Source: a virus
Length of the DNA stretch: 64,000 nucleotides
Virus record (IMG/VR): IMGVR_UViG_3300033405_000004
Location: 32,001 to 96,000 of that record
Reading direction: 5' to 3' (one strand)
The notes under the pieces were generated by a model. It was not told the origin of the DNA and did no database searches. It worked only from the letters and a program-made list of their open reading frames with translations. Shown in pieces: positions 55,957-64,000 of this stretch. Position numbers and translations under genes: made by a program. The stretch's first letter is position 1, and each line of letters begins with the position of its first letter.

Positions 55957-56493
55957 TCAGCTGCTGGCGTTGGTGCCGAACGCCAGGTTCACGCGCACCT
56001 GTCCAGAGACCGACACCCGCTCCAGCTGGTTGGTGGTGTTGTTCACGATCACGAAGGAGTAGACCCCGGCGGCCGCGTAAGTCGTGGGCGCCAGCGGGCG
56101 GATGGCGTACTGCGGGGGCAGGAGCGCCGCGTTGTAGGGGATGTAGAGGGGTGCCTCCTGCGCCGCCTGGAAGCTGGGCACCTGTTGGTCGTCGAAGCCC
56201 GTGTAGAGGCCCACGTAGACCAGGCCGAGCGTCGGCACCACGAGGTTCGGGCCCTGCGCCGGGAACACGCACTCGCCCTGGGCGTTCGGGGTGGTGACCA
56301 CCACCGCGCCGGTGCTGCCCACCGCCTCCATCTCGATCAGGTGCAGCTGGAGCCACCGCAGCGTGAAGGCCTGGGGCGTGTCGATGCGGAATGTCGAGAC
56401 GATCAGCCACTGGTTCGCCGGGAGGTCCGTCAGCGGGAGCTGCACCGGCACGTCGAGCTGCTGGTCAAGCTGGTCAAGGGTCACATAGCTCAC
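55957..56493 (-). CDS. Structural protein
   Basis: TAGTTAG upstream; paralog of the downstream gene. Confidence 0.7.
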   Translation of the reverse strand: MSYVTLDQLDQQLDVPVQLPLTDLPANQWLIVSTFRIDTPQAFTLRWLQLHLIEMEAVGSTGAVVVTTPNAQGECVFPAQGPNLVVPTLGLVYVGLYTGFDDQQVPSFQAAQEAPLYIPYNAALLPPQYAIRPLAPTTYAAAGVYSFVIVNNTTNQLERVSVSGQVRVNLAFGTNASS

Positions 56494-56500
56494 GCACTAA

Positions 56501-57202
56501 CTAACCCGGAGGCCCCGAGGCCACCGGCACCAACGTGTAGCCCTGCATGTCCGGGTCGATGTAGTCCTGGAGGTCCCTCAGGAGCGGGTCCATCTCATCC
56601 CAGTCTTTTGACCAGCCTTCAGGGTCTAGCTCGTCTTCGCCCAAGTCGAAGTGGACCAGCGTTTCCATCGTGGCGTCGAACAGCGTTATCCGGTAGGGCT
56701 TCTGGCCGGGCTTCGTGTTGCGCGAGACTAGCATCCATCCGTGCCCCGTGTACTCCTTTTCCTCCTCGTCCAGGGCGTCGTAGTCGATCCGATACCGTCC
56801 GAGGCCTAGTTTCGCCTCGCCGATCCGGGCCCGCAGCCGCGCCTGGTAGTGGGCCGGGCAGGGGGCCTCCTGGCAGTCCATGCCCTTGGCCTTGGCCCAG
56901 TCCCGCACCTCCTGCGCGTCGGGGCACTCTGGGCAGACCTTCGCCATGAAGCCGCCCCGCGGGTTGGGCTTGTAGCCTTGGAAGGCTTTCCAGTCGCGGG
57001 AGTCGTCCTCCAGCAGCGCGTCCGCCAGCCGGCGGCCAAGAGCCTCGGCCTGCTGGCGCCAGTGTGGCGCCCCGTAAAACATCCGGGCGCGGCACCGCTT
57101 GCAGTCAGCCACCAGCCACCCGCCGACCACGTGGTGCACGAGGTCGTTGCTGCCGCACTCCACGCACTCGGTGGGCACGGCCTGGTCGATGGCGGCGGGC
57201 AT
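56501..57202 (-). CDS. Zn-ribbon multidomain late protein
   Basis: CxxC pairs; internal LADALLE linker. Confidence 0.65.
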   Translation of the reverse strand: MPAAIDQAVPTECVECGSNDLVHHVVGGWLVADCKRCRARMFYGAPHWRQQAEALGRRLADALLEDDSRDWKAFQGYKPNPRGGFMAKVCPECPDAQEVRDWAKAKGMDCQEAPCPAHYQARLRARIGEAKLGLGRYRIDYDALDEEEKEYTGHGWMLVSRNTKPGQKPYRITLFDATMETLVHFDLGEDELDPEGWSKDWDEMDPLLRDLQDYIDPDMQGYTLVPVASGPPG

Positions 57203-57239
57203 GCCCTAACTACGTTTTCTAAGCGTGATCCCGTGAACA

Positions 57240-57269
57240 GGAAGGCCCGCCTTTTGGGGCGGGCCTTCC
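57240..57269 (-). terminator. Hairpin downstream of major capsid gene
   Basis: GGAAGGCCCGCC-N6-GGCGGGCCTTCC, perfect 12-bp stem; weak U-tract. Confidence 0.7.
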
Positions 57270-57309
57270 AATGGAAACCCAAAACTACTCTCTATGGCCG
57301 AAGGTTGGT

Positions 57310-58764
57310 TCAGCCGATGATCGGGCCGAAGCTGACCGGGCTGTTGAGCACCAGGCCGCGGGCGTAGAACTTGTCGTTCACCATCTTCTTGGCGAAGCTG
57401 GTGGCGAAGCCCCGACGGTGCAGGAAGTCCGTCAGCATGATGTCGGGCGTGGTGTAGAGCTTCTGGTACTCCGCCAGCACGTAGCCCGTCGTGAGGAACT
57501 GGTCGCCCTTGTAGCCGATCAGGAACTCGTTGATGGGATAGTGCGGGTCGGCGAAGACCTTAAATTGGCCTAAATCGCCAATGTAAGTGATGCCCTGCAT
57601 CTTCACCCGGCTGCCCTTTGCGTTGAACTGGGGCAGCGTCTCTACCACCGTGGCGGCCTGCAGGCCCAGGAGCAGCCAGTTGCCGGACGCCATGTTGCTG
57701 GCGCTGAAGATGAAGTTGGATGCGGTCGTGAACGCGTCGATGATCGAGAACTTGTGCGTCTGGTAGTTCACGCCCGAGGGGGCGGTCGCGTCCCACTGCA
57801 CGAAGCCGGCGTCCGCGCGAGCGCGGAGGTCGTAGATCACCTGGCGGTGCTTCTGGTACTGGAGCGCGTTGACCAGCGCGTTGAGGAGGGTGCTCTCCAT
57901 CTTCACGTTGTACATCGCGGCCAGGTTCTGGTCGGCCTCTTCCGACCAGAGGGCGCGCAGCTTGAGGACCTTCGCGGTCACCGGGGTCTGGGTGAGCTTG
58001 AGCTCGTACCCCTGGATGTTCGCGTTGCCCTCGGAGTTGTACGCGTAGGTCACCGTGCAGGCGGTGGTCGTCGGGCCGACGAGGACGATGGTGCCCAGGG
58101 CGTAGTTGATGGTGCCGGTGATGCCGGTGCCGACCACGTTCCCGTTGCCGTCGTCCGTCGCGTAGTCAGCGCCCATCGTGACCTGGAGGGTGCCGGAGCG
58201 GACCGGCGTCCAGGACAGGGTGGTGCTGACGTTGCCGGCGCCGTCGGAGGTGCCGAGCGACTCGTTCGTCACGAGCTCGTCCGAGTCGTCGAAGCGGTCG
58301 ACTGCGCCCTGCAGCGCGCGCCACATGGGCGTGCCCGCCGGGGTCTGGCCCTTCGCGCGCTCAGTCACGATGTCGAGGTAGACGATCTGGCTGACCGGGC
58401 CGGCCATGGGCTGGAGCGCCACGAGCTGGTCGATCACGTCGTTCTCCGACATGTTCGCGATGACGGGGAAGATCCACTTGTCGAAGGTGCCGAGGCTCTG
58501 CGTGCGGGTCACCTCGTCGAGGCGCCCGAACCGGCGGCGGCAGTTTTCGAGCATGATGGCCGTTGTGGCCTGTTTGTGCTCAGGCATGTGCGAGACGTAC
58601 TGCTTCCAGCCGCGCGCCTCCCACAGGTTCTTGTACGAGCCCTCCGGGACGCCGATGTCGGTGGTGGCGAGCCGCGCACCCCATTCGAGAATCTGGGGGA
58701 ATGTCGCTGCCCCGCCTCCATCCGTCACCAGGGTGGGCCTGTTAACGCTGTCCATGAGAATCAT
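57310..58764 (-). CDS. Major capsid protein (T4 gp23-like)
   Basis: TAIMLEN, LVALQPMAGPVSQIVYLD, VTAKVLKLRALWSEEA.QNL.A, LIGYKG, G.VLAEY. Confidence 0.9.
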   Translation of the reverse strand: MILMDSVNRPTLVTDGGGAATFPQILEWGARLATTDIGVPEGSYKNLWEARGWKQYVSHMPEHKQATTAIMLENCRRRFGRLDEVTRTQSLGTFDKWIFPVIANMSENDVIDQLVALQPMAGPVSQIVYLDIVTERAKGQTPAGTPMWRALQGAVDRFDDSDELVTNESLGTSDGAGNVSTTLSWTPVRSGTLQVTMGADYATDDGNGNVVGTGITGTINYALGTIVLVGPTTTACTVTYAYNSEGNANIQGYELKLTQTPVTAKVLKLRALWSEEADQNLAAMYNVKMESTLLNALVNALQYQKHRQVIYDLRARADAGFVQWDATAPSGVNYQTHKFSIIDAFTTASNFIFSASNMASGNWLLLGLQAATVVETLPQFNAKGSRVKMQGITYIGDLGQFKVFADPHYPINEFLIGYKGDQFLTTGYVLAEYQKLYTTPDIMLTDFLHRRGFATSFAKKMVNDKFYARGLVLNSPVSFGPIIG

Positions 58765-58829
58765 GGTGATGTCCTTTATTGGATGATGTGAGTGTTACCG
58801 GGTTGTTTGGCGGTGTAACTGCGGGGCAG

Positions 58830-60392
58830 TTAGCCGTTCAAAACTGCTTTGGAGAGGCGGGCCGTGAGCTCGGTGCTCTCGGCGACCGTGAAGGGCCGGT
58901 CGACGGGGTACTCGGGCGCCTTCGGCGCGTCCTTCGGGGCGTCCTTGGGGGTGTCCTTCGGGGCGTCCTTGGGGGCGTCCTTCGACTCCATCGCGGGCTG
59001 CGGGGCGACGACCTTGCCCAGGCCGGCCTTCTCGTCCTTGATGTCGGACGGGACCTTGCCGGCGGCGTCCTTGCTGCCGCCCTTCTCGCCGTCCTTCTTC
59101 GCCTTCTTCAGCTCCTCCTTGATGGGGAGCAGGTGGGCGGGCTTGGTGGCCTCGTTGAGCCTCTTCTTGATGGCCTCGTCCGTCGGGTTGAACTCCAGGA
59201 TGATGAGCCTGCGGCCGAGCGAGGTGGTGTCCTCGTTGTAGCGGCGGGTCATCTCGTCGAGGGCGGCGCAGGTGATGTCCACCTTGCGCTCCAGGAGCGC
59301 GCACTTGCGGGCCTTCGCCTGGAGGCTGTCCCGGAGCGCGGCGATGCGCTTCAGGGTCTCGGCCATCTTCCCCTTGTAGGAAAGAGCCGTTTCGGCGACG
59401 CCCTTCAAGACCTTGAGGGTCTTGGTCTGCTGCTCCTTGAGCGTGGCCGCCTCCCTGCCGGGCGCGGTCGCGGCCTCCGAGAAGCTCTTCTCGATGGCGT
59501 TCAGCTCGTCGTCGATGCGGCGCCCGTCGTAGGACAGCTTCGGGTCCTCTGCGACAAGGGCGGCCACTTCGCGGTGGAGCTGCTGCGCCTGGGTGAGGCT
59601 CTCAGCGAACCGCTGCGGGTCCAGCTTGGTGGGGTCCACGGACCGGAGCCGGCTGACCGATTCATTGATGGATTTGATGTCCGGCATGGGTGTGGTTTTG
59701 GTTGGAGATTTGCCGGCGTCGCCGGCGGGTTGGGAAGGTTTGGCGTCCGCCGCGGGCGCGGGCGGTGCTGCCTCCGAAAGGGGTTGGGCCTTGGCGGCCG
59801 GGGCGGACTCCTTGACCGGCCCCTCCGCGGCGGCCGCCTTGGGCGGCTCGCGGTTGGGGTGGAGCTCGGCCTCGGTGAAGCTCGGCGTGAACACGCAGTC
59901 CCAGGTCTCGCAGACGTAGTCCTCCTGGACGACGTCGACGCCCCTGTCGTTGGCCACGACCGTGCCGTAGCCGCGCGAGGAGACCAGCGGGTTGTAGCCG
60001 ACCTCGATCAGGGCCGACAGCTTGTGACCCTCGGCGGTGTTCACCAGGGTGATCTCGCCGTTGACTTCGTTGCCCTCCATCCAGACCTTGGTCAGGACGT
60101 GGGAGATGGGGCTGTTCAGGTCGACCTTGCCGTCCTTCGGGTGCTCAAGCAGGCCGAAAGCCGAGCGGGCCGCGATCGACTTCTGGAGCTGGGAGCCCTC
60201 GGCGAGGTTCTTCTCCCAGACGGCCTTCGGGTAGATGCGGTTGTTGCCGTTGACCAGGTCGCAGATGGAGAGCCGGCCAGGGATGGTCAGGGGGAAGACG
60301 CTCTTGCCCGCGCTCCTGTCCTCGTGCAAGCGGGTGATGGCCTCGGGCTTGGGGACGAAGGCGTAAGTCTCGTACAGCAGTTGCTTTGCCAC
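58830..60392 (-). CDS. Prohead protease (T4 gp21-like) fused to coiled-coil scaffold
   Basis: NGNNRIYP, GLLEHP, VSSRGYG, WDCVFTPSF (His/Ser/Asp); long helical C-terminal region. Confidence 0.88.
   Translation of the reverse strand: MAKQLLYETYAFVPKPEAITRLHEDRSAGKSVFPLTIPGRLSICDLVNGNNRIYPKAVWEKNLAEGSQLQKSIAARSAFGLLEHPKDGKVDLNSPISHVLTKVWMEGNEVNGEITLVNTAEGHKLSALIEVGYNPLVSSRGYGTVVANDRGVDVVQEDYVCETWDCVFTPSFTEAELHPNREPPKAAAAEGPVKESAPAAKAQPLSEAAPPAPAADAKPSQPAGDAGKSPTKTTPMPDIKSINESVSRLRSVDPTKLDPQRFAESLTQAQQLHREVAALVAEDPKLSYDGRRIDDELNAIEKSFSEAATAPGREAATLKEQQTKTLKVLKGVAETALSYKGKMAETLKRIAALRDSLQAKARKCALLERKVDITCAALDEMTRRYNEDTTSLGRRLIILEFNPTDEAIKKRLNEATKPAHLLPIKEELKKAKKDGEKGGSKDAAGKVPSDIKDEKAGLGKVVAPQPAMESKDAPKDAPKDTPKDAPKDAPKAPEYPVDRPFTVAESTELTARLSKAVLNG
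58919..58982 (-). repeat. 12-bp tandem repeat x5 encoding KD[AT]P
   Basis: KDAPKDAPKDTPKDAPKDAP in the scaffold tail. Confidence 0.8.
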
Positions 60393-60517
60393 GTACTAAG
60401 TGGCGGTGATGTTTACGCCAACCGGGCGCGCCTATGAAGTTGTTAGCAAAACCATTGAGCGCTAATGGAAAAGCGTTAACGCCCGGCCCGGCCCCGCAAG
60501 GCTCAACCCTCTGCGCC

Positions 60518-60826
60518 TCAAACTTTTGGCTCGCCGGGAACCTCGGCCGGCTTCACGGGCTTCGCGATGACGACCTCGGAGTGGTAGAAGTTGAACGCGT
60601 CGTTGATCGCCTGGTTGACCTTGTCCATGTCGACGGCGCCCCTCTTCCTGAACCATTCCAGGGCCTCGACGTGCTCTAGCTCCTCGGTCTTCCCATCCTC
60701 GTATTCGAGCGTGACCCAGGGCAGGCCGAACTCGTGTGTGATGATGACGCGCAGGGAGCCCGGCGGGGGCGGGGCCGACTTCTTGGGTTCTGGCAGGGGC
60801 GGCCTGCCGGGCTCGATGACGATCAT
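60518..60826 (-). CDS. Hypothetical protein
   Basis: ATGA overlap. Confidence 0.65.
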   Translation of the reverse strand: MIVIEPGRPPLPEPKKSAPPPPGSLRVIITHEFGLPWVTLEYEDGKTEELEHVEALEWFRKRGAVDMDKVNQAINDAFNFYHSEVVIAKPVKPAEVPGEPKV

Positions 60827-61530
60827 GAGATGCCGCCCGGCCGGTGGAACTTGGTGTTCTCTGGCGCGGGCGGGGGCAGCCCGGCCGCCATGAGGCTCGC
60901 GCCGACGGGCGCGTCGGCGGCGGTCTCCACGAGATCCGCCACGGGCGACGGCGGCGTGATGATGGCCGGCACGCCGGTGGGGGCGTTCACGCCCATCTCC
61001 TCCAAAATCTGCGCCGTGCTGGGCCTGCCGTCCTCCGCCACGGCGGCGGACGCCGCGGAGGCGGGCCGCGGCGGCACGTTGTCCTGGCGGGGCACGGACG
61101 GGACCACCGGCGGTTGAGCCGGCGACGGCGGGACTCCGGGCGCAGCCCCCGGCGTGGGCTTCCCGCCCTTCAGCTCGGTGACCTGCGCCTGCAAGTCGGC
61201 CATCTGCTGCATCAGGACGGTCGCCCAGGGCGGCGCGTCGACGACCGGCTCCGGCCCGGCGGCGGGGAGCGGCACCGGGGGCGGCTTGTCCACGCTGGGC
61301 GCCGGGGCGCCGTCGTCCGCCTCCTCCTCGCCGATCAGGGCCTCCACGGCCCGGCGGCGCCGTTTCGGATCGAGGCGGCGCGGGACCCGGATGAGCGGGC
61401 GGCGCGGCATCGGCTTGGGGGCGAGGCCCGGCGCCGGGCCCTCGGTGGTGCCCATGGAGGCGCACCCGGTGAACTCGCTGAGCTCCTCCCCGTCGAGCAG
61501 TCTGCGGCTTGGTGACGACGATGATGGCAT
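60823..61530 (-). CDS. Pro-rich late protein
   Basis: TAATTAAG upstream. Confidence 0.65.
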   Translation of the reverse strand: MPSSSSPSRRLLDGEELSEFTGCASMGTTEGPAPGLAPKPMPRRPLIRVPRRLDPKRRRRAVEALIGEEEADDGAPAPSVDKPPPVPLPAAGPEPVVDAPPWATVLMQQMADLQAQVTELKGGKPTPGAAPGVPPSPAQPPVVPSVPRQDNVPPRPASAASAAVAEDGRPSTAQILEEMGVNAPTGVPAIITPPSPVADLVETAADAPVGASLMAAGLPPPAPENTKFHRPGGIS

Positions 61531-61559
61531 GCCTTAATTACGATTCAGTTCTAAAGAAC

Positions 61560-62513
61560 ATGCCCAAGGAGACCGGGACCGCGAATAATCCTGTAAACAT
61601 CGCCGCGGGAACGACGGCGATCGCCATCCTCACCTACCGCCGGGCGCAGGCCCTGCGGACGTTCATGACCAGCCTGCGGGAGCACTGCCCCGGCTACCCC
61701 GTCGCCGTCTTCGAGGACATGGGCAACGTCGACGACACCAGGCGCTGGCTCACCCAGTCCGCCGCGTTCAAGGAGCACGACGCCGAGCTGGAGGCCGACC
61801 GCTGGGAGGCCTTCGACTACACGGCCTTCCTCGGCACCCGCAACGTCGGGGTCAGCGGCAACAGCAACCGGGCGATCCGCTGGTTCCTGCGCGACATGCC
61901 CGGGTTCGACCACCTGTGCCTCTGCAACGACGACCTGGAGGCCAAGGGCGACTGGCCCGCGGTCTACGCCGACGCCCACCGGTTCTTCCCCGCCCTGGGC
62001 CTGTTCTGCTTCAGCGACTGGTTCGACGACGAGAGCAAGTTCGTCCCCATCCGCGAGCGCGGCCGGGTGCTCCGCTTCCTCCCCGTCCGCAAGGGCGCCA
62101 TGATGTCCATTACCCGAAAGCTGCTCGACCGGATCGGCTACTTCGACGCCGAGACCTTCGGCAAGTTCGGCGACGAGCACAACGACTTCACCAACCGCGC
62201 CGCCCAGGCCGGGTTCATGACCGTCCGCGGCCAGCCCCAGCACTGCCTGGACGTCCCCTGCGACCTGCTGGCCCACCAGGAGGCGCAGCCCTCGATCAGC
62301 CCCATCGAGAAGCCGGCCCTGGACCGCGAGTCCGCGTCCGCGCTGAGCATCGCCTCGGGGCGCTACCCGTTCACCGAGCCGTGTCGCCCGTTCACGCTGG
62401 GCGGCTACAGCCGCATGGCCGGGGCCTACGCCGGAGCCGGCATCCACATGTACAGCCTCCGGCGCATGAACTACGACGCGGTCGTCCACGGCTGGGTGCC
62501 CGACCTGTTCTAG
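61560..62513 (+). CDS. GT2-like glycosyltransferase
   Basis: IAILTYRR, VFED, NVGVSGNSN, CLCNDD, IGYFD..FGKFGDEHNDF..R. Confidence 0.85.
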   Translation: MPKETGTANNPVNIAAGTTAIAILTYRRAQALRTFMTSLREHCPGYPVAVFEDMGNVDDTRRWLTQSAAFKEHDAELEADRWEAFDYTAFLGTRNVGVSGNSNRAIRWFLRDMPGFDHLCLCNDDLEAKGDWPAVYADAHRFFPALGLFCFSDWFDDESKFVPIRERGRVLRFLPVRKGAMMSITRKLLDRIGYFDAETFGKFGDEHNDFTNRAAQAGFMTVRGQPQHCLDVPCDLLAHQEAQPSISPIEKPALDRESASALSIASGRYPFTEPCRPFTLGGYSRMAGAYAGAGIHMYSLRRMNYDAVVHGWVPDLF

Positions 62514-62520
62514 TTAGGGC

Positions 62521-62751
62521 ATGAGAACCGCCGACGAGGTGAAGGCCGCCGTGCTGATCCGGTACAACGAGGAGCGCGCGGCGTACGGGGACCCGCCCGT
62601 CGCCATGCTGTCCCGCCAGATCAGCGCCCTGATCGAGGTGCTCTGCACCCCGGAGGGGCAGCCCCTGTTCAAGAGGACCGCCTCGAAGCTCCCGCGGGGC
62701 GTCCAGGCCGCGCTGTCCGAGCAGGATCGGCTCCCGTCGGACCCGCCTTAG
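62521..62751 (+). CDS. Hypothetical late protein
   Basis: TAGTTAGG upstream. Confidence 0.65.
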   Translation: MRTADEVKAAVLIRYNEERAAYGDPPVAMLSRQISALIEVLCTPEGQPLFKRTASKLPRGVQAALSEQDRLPSDPP

Positions 62752-63271
62752 GCTCCGGCGGCGCCAGCGGATGCCTGTAGCTCTCCCCCATCGCGTTCTC
62801 GTAGACCCCCTGGAGGACCCTGAGCGCCCCGGAGCCGAGGTAGGTCGCCTCCTCGATGTAGGTCAGCCCGAGCATGTTCGTCATCCAGTGGACGACGTCG
62901 TAGAGCTGGCCGAACTGCTTCGGCTTGGCCCGGCGGATCTCCCTGACCACCTCGTACGCCCTGGAGTGGGCCTCGCTCCACGGCCCCCGGGACCGGACGG
63001 TGACCTTGGCCTCCGCCGGCACGGCCTCGTGGTGCCTGATCCAGTCGCGCAGCTGCGGCACCGTCGCCGGCGCCTTGAACTTGATCTCGACCCGTGGCGC
63101 GGCGCCCTTCGAGTCGTAGGCGGCGAAGTAGATCGAGCGGACGCTCCAGCGAGCCACGAGCGCCTCGCAGAACGCGAAGCCCCAGTCGGCGTCGAGGCCC
63201 CTCGCCGCGACGATTGCCAGCATCCAGCGCGGCTCCCTCTTCGGGCCGAGTATCCGCCGCAGCAGGCTCAT
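62669..63271 (-). CDS. Hypothetical protein
   Basis: ATGA-coupled start. Confidence 0.6.
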   Translation of the reverse strand: MSLLRRILGPKREPRWMLAIVAARGLDADWGFAFCEALVARWSVRSIYFAAYDSKGAAPRVEIKFKAPATVPQLRDWIRHHEAVPAEAKVTVRSRGPWSEAHSRAYEVVREIRRAKPKQFGQLYDVVHWMTNMLGLTYIEEATYLGSGALRVLQGVYENAMGESYRHPLAPPEPKAGPTGADPARTARPGRPAGASRRSS

Positions 63272-63519
63272 TTGCCCAGTCTCCAGCCCCAGCTGCGCCC
63301 GTCGCAGTCCCAGCGGGCCAGCCCCTCCTTCTCCAGCCGCTTGAGGATGCGGGTGGCGGCGCCGCCCGCGCCCTGGGAGTGCATCTTATGGTCGGGCCAG
63401 ATGGCGGCGGCCACCCAGTGGGCGGGGAGCAGGCCGCCTGCCGTTCGGAGGCAGGCAAGGGCCCGCTCCTTCGCGACTGCGAGGGGCACCCTGGGCTGTT
63501 TGGAGTACTTGAGCAGCAT
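63268..63519 (-). CDS. Small winged-helix-like protein
   Basis: ..RILKRLEKEGL..W....W.L. Confidence 0.55.
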   Translation of the reverse strand: MLLKYSKQPRVPLAVAKERALACLRTAGGLLPAHWVAAAIWPDHKMHSQGAGGAATRILKRLEKEGLARWDCDGRSWGWRLGK

Positions 63520-63732
63520 CTAGGTTGCGCGGAGGGCTTTCGTGAGTTCGTCTGCCACGGCGCCGGTCACTTTCACGGTGTAGCTTGTGTTGGCCGCGAT
63601 CACCGAGCCTGCGTATTGCACGCGGAGCACCGCCTGGCCGGATTGGGCCAGCGGGTCTAGCTGGAGGGCCGCCACGTGGTCGAGGTTCAGCAGGAGGGCG
63701 CTGTCGTCGGTGCAGATGAAGATGGCGGTCAT
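63520..63732 (-). CDS. Hypothetical protein
   Basis: LLNLDHV; ATGA overlap. Confidence 0.6.
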   Translation of the reverse strand: MTAIFICTDDSALLLNLDHVAALQLDPLAQSGQAVLRVQYAGSVIAANTSYTVKVTGAVADELTKALRAT

Positions 63733-63977
63733 TTGTTGCTTTGGCTGACGTTGATCGCGAAGGGCGAGGCCGCGCGGACGAGGCCGCTCAGGATGCCCAC
63801 GACGATGAAGATCCCGACGCAGTTCCAGAACGGTATCGCCTGGTAGCGCTCCGGGACGAAGTAGAAGTAGGTCTTGCCGACGCCGCAGGCGGTCCAGCAG
63901 ATCCAGAAGGGGATCGACAGGGACACGTTGGCGATGAAGGACAGGAGCCAGCCGATGAATGGGAGTTTGTTTATCAT
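63729..63977 (-). CDS. Small membrane protein
   Basis: Two hydrophobic segments. Confidence 0.7.
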   Translation of the reverse strand: MINKLPFIGWLLSFIANVSLSIPFWICWTACGVGKTYFYFVPERYQAIPFWNCVGIFIVVGILSGLVRAASPFAINVSQSNK

Positions 63978-64000
63978 GGGGGCGGTCGGTCACTTGAGGG

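Noticed and set aside
1-64000. Genome-wide UAG reassignment (genetic code 15)
   Set aside because: Conserved long genes have no internal TAG and many genes end at TAG at natural C-termini; only pth2 is interrupted.
1-64000. Host chromosome or prophage boundary
   Set aside because: No housekeeping operons, integrase or att-like site seen; the phage promoter motifs span the whole window.

Overview
GC-rich 64 kb segment of a large, T4-like (myovirus-type) dsDNA phage genome; the host cannot be determined from sequence alone. Virion and packaging genes are scattered among many small accessory genes: intein-containing terminase large subunit, gp13-like neck, gp6/J-like baseplate, gp23-like major capsid, gp21-like prohead protease-scaffold and PKD/tail proteins. 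Also present are DNA-modification genes (N6/N4 and C5 methylases, PAPS-reductase-like protein, glycosyltransferases), RuvC, a DinG helicase, HNH/EndoVII nucleases and an AAA/DUF1257/DUF2997/SWIM module. The strongest candidate for a new system is an amber-suppressor tRNA (anticodon CUA, 25898-25974) next to a Pth2 peptidyl-tRNA hydrolase gene whose 4th codon is an in-frame UAG, in a genome where UAG is otherwise a normal stop. This suggests a suppressor-gated ribosome-rescue switch. Other patterns: (1) a C-terminal P-I-R-K-F-D-L tag on four unrelated proteins of one operon; (2) capsid-targeting-like leaders and linkers that build polyproteins, one carrying an Acb1-like 2H phosphoesterase; (3) two start-proximal promoter motifs (TANTTAR, GTTCT) implying leaderless mRNAs; (4) a repeated early-promoter box; (5) a dual-frame C5 methylase broken by a 1-nt slip; (6) a histone-fold-like protein. 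All family assignments come from motif recognition by eye, not database searches.
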